Source: Bacteroidaceae bacterium
GTDB taxonomy: Bacteria; Bacteroidota; Bacteroidia; Bacteroidales; Bacteroidaceae
Direction: 5' to 3'
DNA: 64,000 nt
Assembly: GCA_017560945.1 (NCBI GenBank)
Contig: JAFZDY010000007.1
Location: forward strand, 4,307-68,306
A program made the position numbers and the translations under genes. Numbering within the stretch: the stretch's first letter is position 1; every line of letters begins with the position of its first letter. Positions 1-9,352 of the stretch are shown here, piece by piece. The notes below the pieces were generated by a model. It did not search any database. It was given only the letters and a program-made list of their open reading frames with translations, and was not told where the DNA came from.

Positions 1-609
1 ACGATAGTGGTTGTCCTCTCCTTTTGGCATACTCAGTGTGGCATCGATGTCGAGCGTAATGGCTTCAAGCTGAGCCAAGGTGGCTATGTTGTCGAGTTCG
101 CTTTCGAGCTTATGCCAGGCATTGGCCACAATATAAATCTTGCACTGAGAGAGGTCGTTATCTCTATTGGTAAGGTGGTCGTAATAGATGATACGTGGCG
201 AAGCATCATCAAGACTGGCAATATATCCCTCTTTCGTATCGATCAAGAATGTGGGGTTGGGCTTACGGATGTTAATGGCACTCGAACACTTATGTTCATC
301 TTTAAAGTTGACTTGACTTGGATATCCTTTGTCATCCAATTCTCCGACTTCGCGATTGGTATATCCTTGCAGAAGTTTTCCATTTATGTCAAATACAAAC
401 ATGGTCATTTCGGAGATATGCGAATCGGATGGTAAATCACTTTCGCCAGCACGGGTGTTCACCTTCTTGACATCAAAGTCCTGTGCAAAACCAAGAATCT
501 TAATACCACTGTTAGGATCGATAGAGGTATTCTCTACATAGAACTTATCCTCCTCTACACAAGATGCAAAGAGAAGCATAAGCGCAAGAAATATGTTAAA
601 CTTTCTCAT
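1..609 (-). CDS. FimA/Mfa1-like (DUF4906-type) fimbrial lipoprotein, 3'-truncated by window edge
   Basis: Hand-translated from ATG at 609: MRKFNIFLALMLLFASC (lipobox), VNTRAG processing motif, ISEMTMFVFDINGKLL and KIYIVAN motifs typical of the FimA fold; frame open to base 1; absent from the ORF track because no stop is in the window. Confidence 0.75.
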   Translation of the reverse strand, partial: MRKFNIFLALMLLFASCVEEDKFYVENTSIDPNSGIKILGFAQDFDVKKVNTRAGESDLPSDSHISEMTMFVFDINGKLLQGYTNREVGELDDKGYPSQVNFKDEHKCSSAINIRKPNPTFLIDTKEGYIASLDDASPRIIYYDHLTNRDNDLSQCKIYIVANAWHKLESELDNIATLAQLEAITLDIDATLSMPKGEDNHYR

Positions 610-618
610 AGTTACCAA

Positions 619-1875
619 TTATTCAAATGTGTGTTCAACATCAGGAGTTGACTCCCAGTTACCCGCCTCGATGAGGGCTATGGTGATTCCATCACCTACA
701 AAGTTGATATGTATCTGATAGAGGATACCAGGTTCAAAAGTAATGGTTGAGGTGAATGTGTTATTTATTTCCTCCTTTTCTTCGGGAGAAAGTTCACCCA
801 ATTGAGCCCAATCAATAGTTCCTTTTACACCTGTAGTTGTTCCTTCTTGAGGAATTAGGAATACATATCCACCATGTTCACTACCATACTTTGATACAGA
901 TGTAGCTACACCAGCTCCACAAATCTCAGTCTCGCCATTGAATGTACGTTCAATGGTTTCGTTGAAGGCTGGGATTTTTATTTTGTCATCCGATATTTTG
1001 AACGTACGTTTTCCCACGTTTCCAGAGGTATACACTGGCTCGGGTTCCTCGCTCATCATTGACAAGGGAATCGTCATTTTAGTATTGGTCAATCCTTCCA
1101 ATGTAAGCGTTAAACCTGTAATATACTTGGAAGCATCATTGTCTGCTATACTACCATTTCCATCAGCATCTTTATAGATAGGATTACCGTCATCATCTTT
1201 TGCAACGACCATTACAGGCTTGCCCTCATCATCTAATACTGGGTTACCTTGTTCGTCTGTTTTTTCTACATATTCAAAATCACTCTCGTTGTAGTTGTTC
1301 GCAAGGACCTCAAATGCAAACAAACGATGCTTGAAATTCAAGTCCACTCTACCCGAACCGCTACCATTCACATCGACGGCCTCGGCTGTCATTAGGTCAA
1401 AAACGGGAGAACTACTATCATAGGTTGAAATATTACCAGTATGATTAAGCCAACCATACGTATAAGTCAACATTGGAGTGTTGATTGTACTCTCACTACT
1501 AAGGTTTATACCCGCACCCCTATACGGATGATATGCAAAGAACGCATAGTTGTAATTTTCCCACTGTTTGGGTTCACCATAGCTGCAAATGTCTTCTTCG
1601 TCACATGAGACCTCTACATCATAGAACCAACTTCCAGGAGTAGCAGTAGATTTTGCAGTTTCCCAGTTTGAAGTTTCTGAGAACTTAAATCCTATAACTC
1701 CAAAATCCTTGCCTCTCATACTCTCTGCGAGATGTGAACGAGTAGAGACTCTGGTTCCGAACTGCATATAACCATAGGAAACGGGCCACTTGTCAAAACC
1801 CGTAATATCCTGTTCCTTATCACAAGAAGCGAAAAGGCACAACGCTGTGAGGAATATATATGTCGTTTTCTTCAT
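619..1875 (-). CDS. Fimbrillin-family (Mfa-like) type V pilin lipoprotein
   Basis: LFASC lipobox, STRS site, YAFFAYHPY, DLMTA, LNFKHRLF, GILYQIHINF and C-terminal ITI...W strand. Confidence 0.85.
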   Translation of the reverse strand: MKKTTYIFLTALCLFASCDKEQDITGFDKWPVSYGYMQFGTRVSTRSHLAESMRGKDFGVIGFKFSETSNWETAKSTATPGSWFYDVEVSCDEEDICSYGEPKQWENYNYAFFAYHPYRGAGINLSSESTINTPMLTYTYGWLNHTGNISTYDSSSPVFDLMTAEAVDVNGSGSGRVDLNFKHRLFAFEVLANNYNESDFEYVEKTDEQGNPVLDDEGKPVMVVAKDDDGNPIYKDADGNGSIADNDASKYITGLTLTLEGLTNTKMTIPLSMMSEEPEPVYTSGNVGKRTFKISDDKIKIPAFNETIERTFNGETEICGAGVATSVSKYGSEHGGYVFLIPQEGTTTGVKGTIDWAQLGELSPEEKEEINNTFTSTITFEPGILYQIHINFVGDGITIALIEAGNWESTPDVEHTFE

Positions 1876-1880
1876 TATTT

Positions 1881-2789
1881 TTACTTAATTATGACAGAAC
1901 CTGTTGCACTTTCACTATCCCATATATCTGCAGATGGGTCGTTGAAGATGATATCGTTCTGTTTGATTTCAGCTGTATAGGTGTATTTCTTTCCTTTCTC
2001 CCATATTTCTGGAGATAACTCCGCGCTGTAGGTTTTGTCCATGGCTTTGATTGTCAGGCTTACTGTTCCCTTGTCCACAGGGAGTACCAAAATTCCTCCT
2101 TTGGTCACATCGGCATACTCTGAGCCTTTAGTCAATGACACTCCACTATTACATGTTATACTACCTGTATTGGATGAACTCCATGTACCATCATTCCCAT
2201 ATTTGCCATGGTCGGCTACATTATCCAAGGTAATATTTTCAATAGTAACACCGTCAATAGCACTTTTTATCTCTATCACCACACAAGCGAGCAAGTGATT
2301 GAATGAGAGGTTGACGACATTTCGTCCTCCTTCTGGAGTAAGTTTATCCTCTGCCACACTACAGTTTGCTTTGGCTACCATCAAATCCACTTGCGAGGTG
2401 ATATCATAGTTTGAGACGGTATATGCTTGGTCTGAACTTGTATTGTAAATTGAAAAGTATCCATCCTTGGGATAGAATGCCGTGAACCAATACGACACAC
2501 CAGGTATCCAATATTCAAGACCTGTGTACCCCCACACATCTTGATGTGAGTATGTCACATCCTTCTCGAAAGTAGCATACTCACCGGTATTACCCTTCAA
2601 ATGAGCATACACTTTGAAACCATTTTCCTTCAAATCGTCAATACCAGCTACGGCACGTGTGTCAACAGTGCTAAACAGAATAGGATATCGTGTCTCAGTT
2701 AGGGAGATGTCCTCCTCCTGACATGATTGCAAGCCTAATGATGTTAGCATCATAGCTCCCACGATGAATCCACATTTATCAATCTTCAT
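1881..2789 (-). CDS. Fimbrillin-family pilin lipoprotein
   Basis: LQSC lipobox, DTRA, EYWIPG..YWFTAFYP, DLMVA, LSFNHLLA, WEKGKKYTY, IIF...W. Confidence 0.88.
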   Translation of the reverse strand: MKIDKCGFIVGAMMLTSLGLQSCQEEDISLTETRYPILFSTVDTRAVAGIDDLKENGFKVYAHLKGNTGEYATFEKDVTYSHQDVWGYTGLEYWIPGVSYWFTAFYPKDGYFSIYNTSSDQAYTVSNYDITSQVDLMVAKANCSVAEDKLTPEGGRNVVNLSFNHLLACVVIEIKSAIDGVTIENITLDNVADHGKYGNDGTWSSSNTGSITCNSGVSLTKGSEYADVTKGGILVLPVDKGTVSLTIKAMDKTYSAELSPEIWEKGKKYTYTAEIKQNDIIFNDPSADIWDSESATGSVIIK

Positions 2790-2847
2790 TCTGTAGTCTC
2801 TTTTTATAGTTCTATTCCGTCCCTAATGTACGGCTTTTCTTATTAGT

Positions 2848-2880
2848 GAGCATAAGGGGAACATTCAACCCCTTATGCCC
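2848..2880 (-). other. Intergenic 12-bp stem-loop, copy 1 (loop UUGAAUGUU)
   Basis: Transcript-sense GGGCAUAAGGGG-UUGAAUGUU-CCCCUUAUGCUC; paralogous copy at 6609-6641; no U-tract follows. Confidence 0.8.
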
Positions 2881-2905
2881 TATAGGTTATAGTGTTTTAA
2901 CCTTA

Positions 2906-3916
2906 TTAAATTTTAACCTCAGTAGAAGGGTTAGGAGTCCATGAAGGATCCTGCTCTACTGTGAATTGGATAGGATTGTTCAATCCAACTTCTACAATAA
3001 CATTGTAAGCGTGACCAGCATCAAGGTTACTAATAGTTGTAGTTTTGTGTGTAGTTGTAATCAACTTTCCACCATAATACAAGTTTACATCACATTCCAC
3101 TGTTGGATCTTCGAGAGGAATAAGTAATTTCTCGTTTGCACACTCCTTATCTGTATTGTTTGTCACACCTTCGATAGCATCAAATGCTTGAGGCGCAGAT
3201 GTAGTAGTAGCCCATGAACCACCGATAGTGTAAGAAGGAACAACACCATCTACTGCTGTTTCTGCAACATCAGCTACAGTATAAACTCCTGTTTTAATCG
3301 CGTTGGAAATTTTAATATCCGTAAGAGTATAAGTGTAAGTTTCAATGGTTTCACCATTATTTGTAGTCTTAGGAGTTGTATTGTTAAGTGTAAATTTTAC
3401 TTTTGCAAGCAAGTGAGCAAAGTCAAACTGAACTTTAGGATTATTTGTTGCTAAACCTTTATATTGTTTTGAACGTGCATAGAGAAGGTCTGTTGAACCG
3501 TCTGCTGTATAGGTAATAGTCGCGGGCAATTTGTTATTATCACCGAGGGTTACGATTGATTTCCCTTCTGAATCTGTATCTGCATTAACTACTGCTGCAA
3601 AGTCATACATTGCATCAGGAATCCAATACTGAGTCTTAGAAGTACAATTCCATACACTGTTTGTACCTACAGTACCAGATACTGCATCATCAGCAAATAC
3701 AGAAACGTATGAAGCATCACTTGCCTTCACTGCTCCCCATACTTTAAAGGCTGTTAATTTATTTGTTGCATTATAACTAGGGTCAATTGCACGAGTCGCA
3801 TTGTTTACGAATGCATCTCCGAAGGTGATTTCCTCTTGATTGAGCACGAGTGCTTCATCCTGTGAGCAGCTGGCGAATGCGGCGGCTGCGAGGGCGATAT
3901 AAATGTACTTTTTCAT
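2906..3916 (-). CDS. Fimbrillin-family pilin lipoprotein (start moved to MKKYIYIAL)
   Basis: FASC lipobox, NATRA, QYWIPD..YDFAA, DLLYA, FDFAHLLAKVKF, GHAYN, IQFTV...W. Confidence 0.9.
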   Translation of the reverse strand: MKKYIYIALAAAAFASCSQDEALVLNQEEITFGDAFVNNATRAIDPSYNATNKLTAFKVWGAVKASDASYVSVFADDAVSGTVGTNSVWNCTSKTQYWIPDAMYDFAAVVNADTDSEGKSIVTLGDNNKLPATITYTADGSTDLLYARSKQYKGLATNNPKVQFDFAHLLAKVKFTLNNTTPKTTNNGETIETYTYTLTDIKISNAIKTGVYTVADVAETAVDGVVPSYTIGGSWATTTSAPQAFDAIEGVTNNTDKECANEKLLIPLEDPTVECDVNLYYGGKLITTTHKTTTISNLDAGHAYNVIVEVGLNNPIQFTVEQDPSWTPNPSTEVKI

Positions 3917-4083
3917 AATTGTATGTTTTTGTTTTGTTAGTTTTCTATTTGTTGGAGAGTGGGCTTTTGAAGATACGGTTCTTATAGCTTGAAGATACGA
4001 TTCTTCCAAAAGCTTTAAAGCTTTCCTCTCTGACGTGTATAGTTTGAAGGGTTATACTATATAGTGTGATTAAACCTCGTCGT

Positions 4084-5151
4084 TTAAAGTGTAACGTCTT
4101 TTTCTTCAGTCTCTCCGTTTACGAGAGGATTCCACTTGTTAACCTCAGTTACAGTGAACTTAATAACTTCACCCGGATTACCCTTGCTGATTACGAAATT
4201 GTAAGCCTTACCAGCTTCGAGGTTAACAGGTGTGGGAGTAATAGCATGTGCTTCTTCTGTGTCAACAACTATACCGTTCAAAAGAGTTTCAAGTTTACAA
4301 GTAATTTTCAAATCGGTGTAGTTGTTAGGAATCAACAACTTCTGGTAGTGAGAAGTAGAAGAAGCTGCAGCACCAACTGCACCTACCAAAATTGCGTCTG
4401 CTGAAGAATCATCAGTAGCAGAGATATTTCCAAATGCTACTTCATTACGAACATTTTCACCAGTTGTAACAACAGCCCACTTTTTATCAGCAATGTTATA
4501 TGTACCATTCATATAAGCATTGGTAATCTTGATGTCACTTACTCGGTATGTATACTTTATACTTTCTGTGTTAGTAGTGATATTATTCACAAAAGTAAAC
4601 TGAGCCTTTGAAAGCAGGTGATCAAAAGTGAAAGCTACTACACCATTGTTGGTGTTATTGTAGTTTTCTACTTTGTGTTCTGCATAGAGAAGGTCTTTTT
4701 GCTCACTTGCATTGTATGAGATGGTAGTGGGCATGTTATTACTGTCGTTTGAATCTTTATTGAATTCAGCCGCAGTACCATTAACAATGGCTGCAAACTT
4801 ATAGTTGTTTCCCTTAATCCAATATTGGGTATAAGCGCCATCGTACCACCAAAGATTGTTATATACTACAGCGTTTGATGCCAATGTTTCACTATCTCCT
4901 TTTTTCTTCACTTCTACTCCAGAGAAGATATTCACACTACCTTCACCTGATCCTGTTCCCTGTACACTACCATATACCTGGAAAGAAGAAAGGTTTCCAC
5001 TATTCAATGTTCCATCAATTGCACGTGTAGCGTTGTTTACGAATGCTTGGTTGAATGTGATGGCCTCGGGTGCGATGACGTCGAGAATCTCGTCCTGTGA
5101 GCAGCTGGCGAATGCGGCGGCTGCGAGCGAAAGTAATAAAATCTTTTTCAT
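4084..5151 (-). CDS. Fimbrillin-family pilin lipoprotein
   Basis: FASC lipobox, NATRA, QYWIKG..YKFAA, DLLYA, FTFDHLLSK, GKAYNF, IKFTV...W. Confidence 0.9.
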   Translation of the reverse strand: MKKILLLSLAAAAFASCSQDEILDVIAPEAITFNQAFVNNATRAIDGTLNSGNLSSFQVYGSVQGTGSGEGSVNIFSGVEVKKKGDSETLASNAVVYNNLWWYDGAYTQYWIKGNNYKFAAIVNGTAAEFNKDSNDSNNMPTTISYNASEQKDLLYAEHKVENYNNTNNGVVAFTFDHLLSKAQFTFVNNITTNTESIKYTYRVSDIKITNAYMNGTYNIADKKWAVVTTGENVRNEVAFGNISATDDSSADAILVGAVGAAASSTSHYQKLLIPNNYTDLKITCKLETLLNGIVVDTEEAHAITPTPVNLEAGKAYNFVISKGNPGEVIKFTVTEVNKWNPLVNGETEEKDVTL

Positions 5152-5229
5152 TGTTATAGAGTTTTTAAAGTTTATATTATTCTGTGTTGTTGTTAGTTTC
5201 TGTTTCTTGTTTGTTTACTTTGTTGTTTA

Positions 5230-6456
5230 TTAAGGGTTGTTTTTTATAATTTCGTCCAATAAGTTTGTATTATTTTGGATGTTCATGTTGTTATCATCAT
5301 TGTCATTGTTGTCATCGAGACCACCGATATAATTTGGATTATTATTTGAACCATTTATAGGACCATCTTTGTCGATGTGTATATTTTCTGGTTGTTGAGT
5401 ATCTACGTTGTAGTTGTTGTGGGTCGTGTTCCAGTCAGTAACATTGAGGACGTCGAAGGTGATGGGGTCGCCAGGGTTGCCAAGGTTGATGATGAAGTTG
5501 TAGGCTTTGCCTTTCTCCAAGGCGATGGCGCTACCGGTCTCGAAGGTCTTAGTCTGTGTGTCGATGACTACACCGTCCTTGAGGAGTTGGTAGCTGATGC
5601 TGATGCCCCACTGCTTGGTGTTGGGGATGAGCAGGCGCTCGTAGTTGGACTCGGCGCTGGCGTTGTACTTGATGTCGGCAACTTCAGCATTGTTGGCAGA
5701 GTTTCCTGTTGTTACCACTTTACCGAATGAGAGGGCATAGGTAGAGGCGGGTGCGTCGTTATAAGCATTATTATCGATTTGCCAACCTGCGGCGTCGTAC
5801 ACTGCAGTCTTGTCGGCATTGGTGATGGTGATGTTGCTCACCTGATAGCTGTAGCCGTTGTTGGTGCTGATGGTGTTCTTCACGGTGAACTTAGCCTTTG
5901 CCAAGAGGTGTTGGAAGGTGAAGTCCACTGTCTTGTCTTCGGGGAATACGTTTATATTCTTGGCTGCGGCAAAGAGTATATCCTTCTGCTTGCTGGCATC
6001 GTAGAGGTAGATGTAGTTGGGTTCGCCATATTGGGTGGCCTTCACCTCGGTAATCTTCACGATGTCGTTGTCCTTCGCTTCGGAGGTGTTACCTTCGGCT
6101 ATAGCCCAGAAGTTGTAGGTGTTACCCTCTACCCAGTATTGTGTGTTGCTGGCAGCGTAGCTCCAGTTGGTGCCACATCCCAATGAGTTTCCGCGCTTCA
6201 CCTTTTCGGCTTTGAAGATGTTGGCCGTGCCACCATTGTTACTGATGGTACCCCATACCTGAAACTCCTTGAGAGAGTTTGTGCCTGTGGTGGAGTTGTT
6301 GTAACTATCGTCATAGGCAGCGCGTGTGGAGTTGTCCACAAAAGCGTTGTCGAATGTGATGGCTTCCTGGTGGAAAGTCATTGTTTCGTCGTTGGTACAA
6401 CCAGCGAAGATGGCTGCGGTCATGATGGCCAATATTGCCTGTTTTTTCATCTTCAT
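5230..6456 (-). CDS. Fimbrillin-family pilin lipoprotein with Asn/Asp-rich tail
   Basis: FAGC lipobox, STRA, QYWVEG..YNFWA, DILFA, FTFQHLLAK, GKAYNF, ITFDV...W then about 55 aa low-complexity tail; alternative start at 6450. Confidence 0.88.
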   Translation of the reverse strand: MKMKKQAILAIMTAAIFAGCTNDETMTFHQEAITFDNAFVDNSTRAAYDDSYNNSTTGTNSLKEFQVWGTISNNGGTANIFKAEKVKRGNSLGCGTNWSYAASNTQYWVEGNTYNFWAIAEGNTSEAKDNDIVKITEVKATQYGEPNYIYLYDASKQKDILFAAAKNINVFPEDKTVDFTFQHLLAKAKFTVKNTISTNNGYSYQVSNITITNADKTAVYDAAGWQIDNNAYNDAPASTYALSFGKVVTTGNSANNAEVADIKYNASAESNYERLLIPNTKQWGISISYQLLKDGVVIDTQTKTFETGSAIALEKGKAYNFIINLGNPGDPITFDVLNVTDWNTTHNNYNVDTQQPENIHIDKDGPINGSNNNPNYIGGLDDNNDNDDNNMNIQNNTNLLDEIIKNNP

Positions 6457-6516
6457 TTATCTTTTAAGAAATGTATTTTCTCTTTCTCTTTCTTTGTCTT
6501 TTTCTCTTCTCTTTTT

Positions 6517-6600
6517 TCTCCCGTTAGGAAAATATTTTTCTCTCGTCTGGAAAAAAAACTTCTCCCGTAGGGGAAATTTTGCTCCCTCATTTGGGAGACT
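6517..6600. repeat. 22-bp-period degenerate tandem array, CC(C)GTAGGG family (4 units)
   Basis: Units start at 6517, 6539, 6561, 6583: tctcccgttaggaaaatatttt / tctctcgtctggaaaaaaaact / tctcccgtaggggaaattttgc / tccctcatttgggagact. Confidence 0.7.
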
Positions 6601-6608
6601 TTCGTAGT

Positions 6609-6641
6609 GAGTATAGGGGGAACATTCAACCCCCTATACCC
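6609..6641 (-). other. Intergenic 12-bp stem-loop, copy 2 (loop UUGAAUGUU)
   Basis: GGGUAUAGGGGG-UUGAAUGUU-CCCCCUAUACUC; two compensatory base-pair changes relative to 2848-2880. Confidence 0.8.
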
Positions 6642-6670
6642 TAATGGGGTTTATTAATCTTTATACTTGA

Positions 6671-9244
6671 TTAGAAAGTTTCTGAACCCTGTGCGAAGGT
6701 GTGAGTACCGTTGAAACGAGCAGGATTAACACCATCAGCAAGAGCGTGGAAGTTTTCGTTACCTTGTACGTTGATATTGACATAGTTGTACACAAAGTTG
6801 CTTGCTGTCATTTGAACACTGTATACCTTATTTGCGTTTGCATTGGTGTTACCAGTGAATGTAACTTGGGTAGCACCGCTGTTAGCATTACCCCAAGTCC
6901 ATACTGCAGCCAATGTACCTTGGTTGGTATAGATGTCAAATTCGTTGTTAGTGATGCTGAAGAGAGTTCTTGTACGGATAGCATAGAAGTCACCAACGAA
7001 CTTACAGTTGTTCACGGTCAACAAGTCACTGGCATCAGCATGATTTCCTGCATTGATACCACATACTCCGTCTGACAAACTTGTCTTGAATTCGCAACCT
7101 TCGAAAGACATTGCTGCACCATAAGCAACTACGATACCAGGATATTGGTAAGGTGCACCAGAGAATGTATTCTTATGCTTAGAAGCATTGTTGATGTCAA
7201 ATTTGATGTTCTCAAAGTGGTTATTATCGCAGCTAGAAACGTTTACACGACCCTTGATAGTAGCCTTGTTGTTTGCGTTTGACTTAATAGTTACAGAACG
7301 TGTAACATTGAAAGTACCTTCGAGAACTACACCTGATTCAAGAACGATTTCAGACTTAGAGGCATCAGCAAGAGCAGCAGTAAGACCAGCAGCATCTTGA
7401 ATTCTACCACTTGCTGCAGCATCAGTAGGATATACGTTGATGTCGTCTGCACCAGTGAATGAGAAGTTACCAGCAGCGGGAGCAACGTATGTAGCTTCAT
7501 CATCACCTGTAGTGAAGATTACCTGATAATAGTCACCAGCAGTCAAATCGTTATTGCCTTTAACCTCTACACTATAAGCAGTCTTGTTCTTACGAACGAT
7601 GATGGGACGGTAAGCATCGATAGTAACATTCTCAACAACGAGTGCACCACGGCTTGCATTACCATCAGCACGTACACCATAGCTAGCAGCTTCGATAATA
7701 GCGTTCTTGATAGTGGGGAATGCAGTGTTACCAAATGATACACCGCTCTTACAATCAACAACTTCGATACCATCTACTGTAATATCAGCTTGGCAGCTCT
7801 GAGCTTGGAGAAGTGAGTGCATATTAGTAGCTTTACAATCCTTAATTACGAGGTTCTTTGTAGAATTAACCTTCACACCTACAACACTCTTCTCAGCAGC
7901 TGTACCAGCCAATGCGTTGAAAGTACAATTCTCAACAGTGATGTTCTGTGAATAACGTTTAGTATTTACGAATTCAACTGCATATACGAAGTTAACGTCA
8001 GCAGTGTAAGTTTCGAAGTTTACGTTTTTGATAGTTACTGAACCGTTGTTATCAACAGTTGAACCATTGTGGATACGAATTTCACCATCGTACTTCACTC
8101 CATTACCTTCGATAACGAGGTCAACGCCGTTCTTCTCTTGAATCCATACAGTCTCCTTCACGTCAGAAGCGAGGTAGATAGTACCACCGTCAACAGCAGC
8201 GTCGATAGCAGCTTGAAGGCTAGTGTAGGGTGCGTTGTTGTAAGTTGCTACAACAGGGTGTGCAACTTCACCACCAATCACCCATTCCTTCACAACTACG
8301 TCGAACTCGATTTCTCTCAAGTTGAGGTTGCTGGGGTTGATTTCAGTTACGAAGTTGTAAGCCTTACCCATTTCGAGAGCTACACCTGTTACAGTTGAAG
8401 TCTTCTCGAAAGTAGCAGCCTCCTGTTCACCCATTAACACCTTTACTTTGAAAGTAATGGTATAAACCTGATCTTTACCAGCAGGGATAGTCAAACGTTC
8501 ATATGTAGACTCATCATCTTGACCTTTATCCAATCTTGCTACATCGCCAAACTTAAGAGAAAGAGTATTTTCATAACCTTCTTTGATCTTCCAATCGTCA
8601 CCATCCCACCAGTTTTCTACAGCGAGGTCGATGGTGGCAATCTCAGGAGCAGTCATCTGGATGTCCTCGATGATAATGTCAGCATTGTCAGTAGTGAAAC
8701 CGTTCTTGAAGGTGAACTTCACCTTAGAGAGCAAGTGGCTGAACTCGAACTTCACGGGATCCACCTCTTGTGTAGTAGAAGTAGGAGCAGTAATAGAAGT
8801 AGCAGCATAGAGGAGGTCCTCAGAACCATCTACGTTAGTGAAAGATACTACACCAGCACCATCGTAGTTTGCACCAGTAGCATCCAATGACCAACCTACA
8901 TTGTTTGAACCATCATTCATAGGGGCGAGGGCTGCGAAGTAGTAAGTGTTATCACCAGGAATCCAGTACTGAACGTTAGTGTAAGTCCAGTCTCCATTTT
9001 CCTTAGTTACTTTTTCACCTTCGAGCACTGTACCGTCGGGCTCGTTCATGAATGCCCATACGTTCATAGCTTCCACCTTGTTAGAGTTGTTGTTGAAGCT
9101 GGGATCAGCAGCTGCACGTGTTACACCTTCCACGTTAGCGTCTGCGAAATCAATTGCATAAGGAGATTGCATTTTCAGTGTCTCCTCGTTGTTACAAGCT
9201 ACTAATGCAGAGGCAGCAAGAACAGTAAACATTGATTTTTTCAT
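6671..9244 (-). CDS. Fimbrillin domain plus about 530-aa C-terminal beta-helix-like region (candidate tip adhesin)
   Basis: LVAC lipobox, VTRA, complete fimbrillin domain ending IEFDVVVKEW, then YTSLQAAIDAA..GTIYL cap and repeated 'ITVENCTF'/'LTVNNCKF' coils. Confidence 0.85.
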   Translation of the reverse strand: MKKSMFTVLAASALVACNNEETLKMQSPYAIDFADANVEGVTRAAADPSFNNNSNKVEAMNVWAFMNEPDGTVLEGEKVTKENGDWTYTNVQYWIPGDNTYYFAALAPMNDGSNNVGWSLDATGANYDGAGVVSFTNVDGSEDLLYAATSITAPTSTTQEVDPVKFEFSHLLSKVKFTFKNGFTTDNADIIIEDIQMTAPEIATIDLAVENWWDGDDWKIKEGYENTLSLKFGDVARLDKGQDDESTYERLTIPAGKDQVYTITFKVKVLMGEQEAATFEKTSTVTGVALEMGKAYNFVTEINPSNLNLREIEFDVVVKEWVIGGEVAHPVVATYNNAPYTSLQAAIDAAVDGGTIYLASDVKETVWIQEKNGVDLVIEGNGVKYDGEIRIHNGSTVDNNGSVTIKNVNFETYTADVNFVYAVEFVNTKRYSQNITVENCTFNALAGTAAEKSVVGVKVNSTKNLVIKDCKATNMHSLLQAQSCQADITVDGIEVVDCKSGVSFGNTAFPTIKNAIIEAASYGVRADGNASRGALVVENVTIDAYRPIIVRKNKTAYSVEVKGNNDLTAGDYYQVIFTTGDDEATYVAPAAGNFSFTGADDINVYPTDAAASGRIQDAAGLTAALADASKSEIVLESGVVLEGTFNVTRSVTIKSNANNKATIKGRVNVSSCDNNHFENIKFDINNASKHKNTFSGAPYQYPGIVVAYGAAMSFEGCEFKTSLSDGVCGINAGNHADASDLLTVNNCKFVGDFYAIRTRTLFSITNNEFDIYTNQGTLAAVWTWGNANSGATQVTFTGNTNANANKVYSVQMTASNFVYNYVNINVQGNENFHALADGVNPARFNGTHTFAQGSETF

Positions 9245-9309
9245 ATAACAATAAATTAGTTAATAAAATTATTTAATTGATATTTATTTCTCTTCAGTTA
9301 AGTACTTAA

Positions 9310-9344
9310 TACTGCACCCTTCCCTTGCGAAGAAGGGTGTAGTA
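9310..9344 (-). other. Intergenic stem-loop between two large pilin genes
   Basis: tactgcacccttc...gaagggtgtagta inverted repeat; no clear U-tract. Confidence 0.6.
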
Positions 9345-9352
9345 ATTAAATG

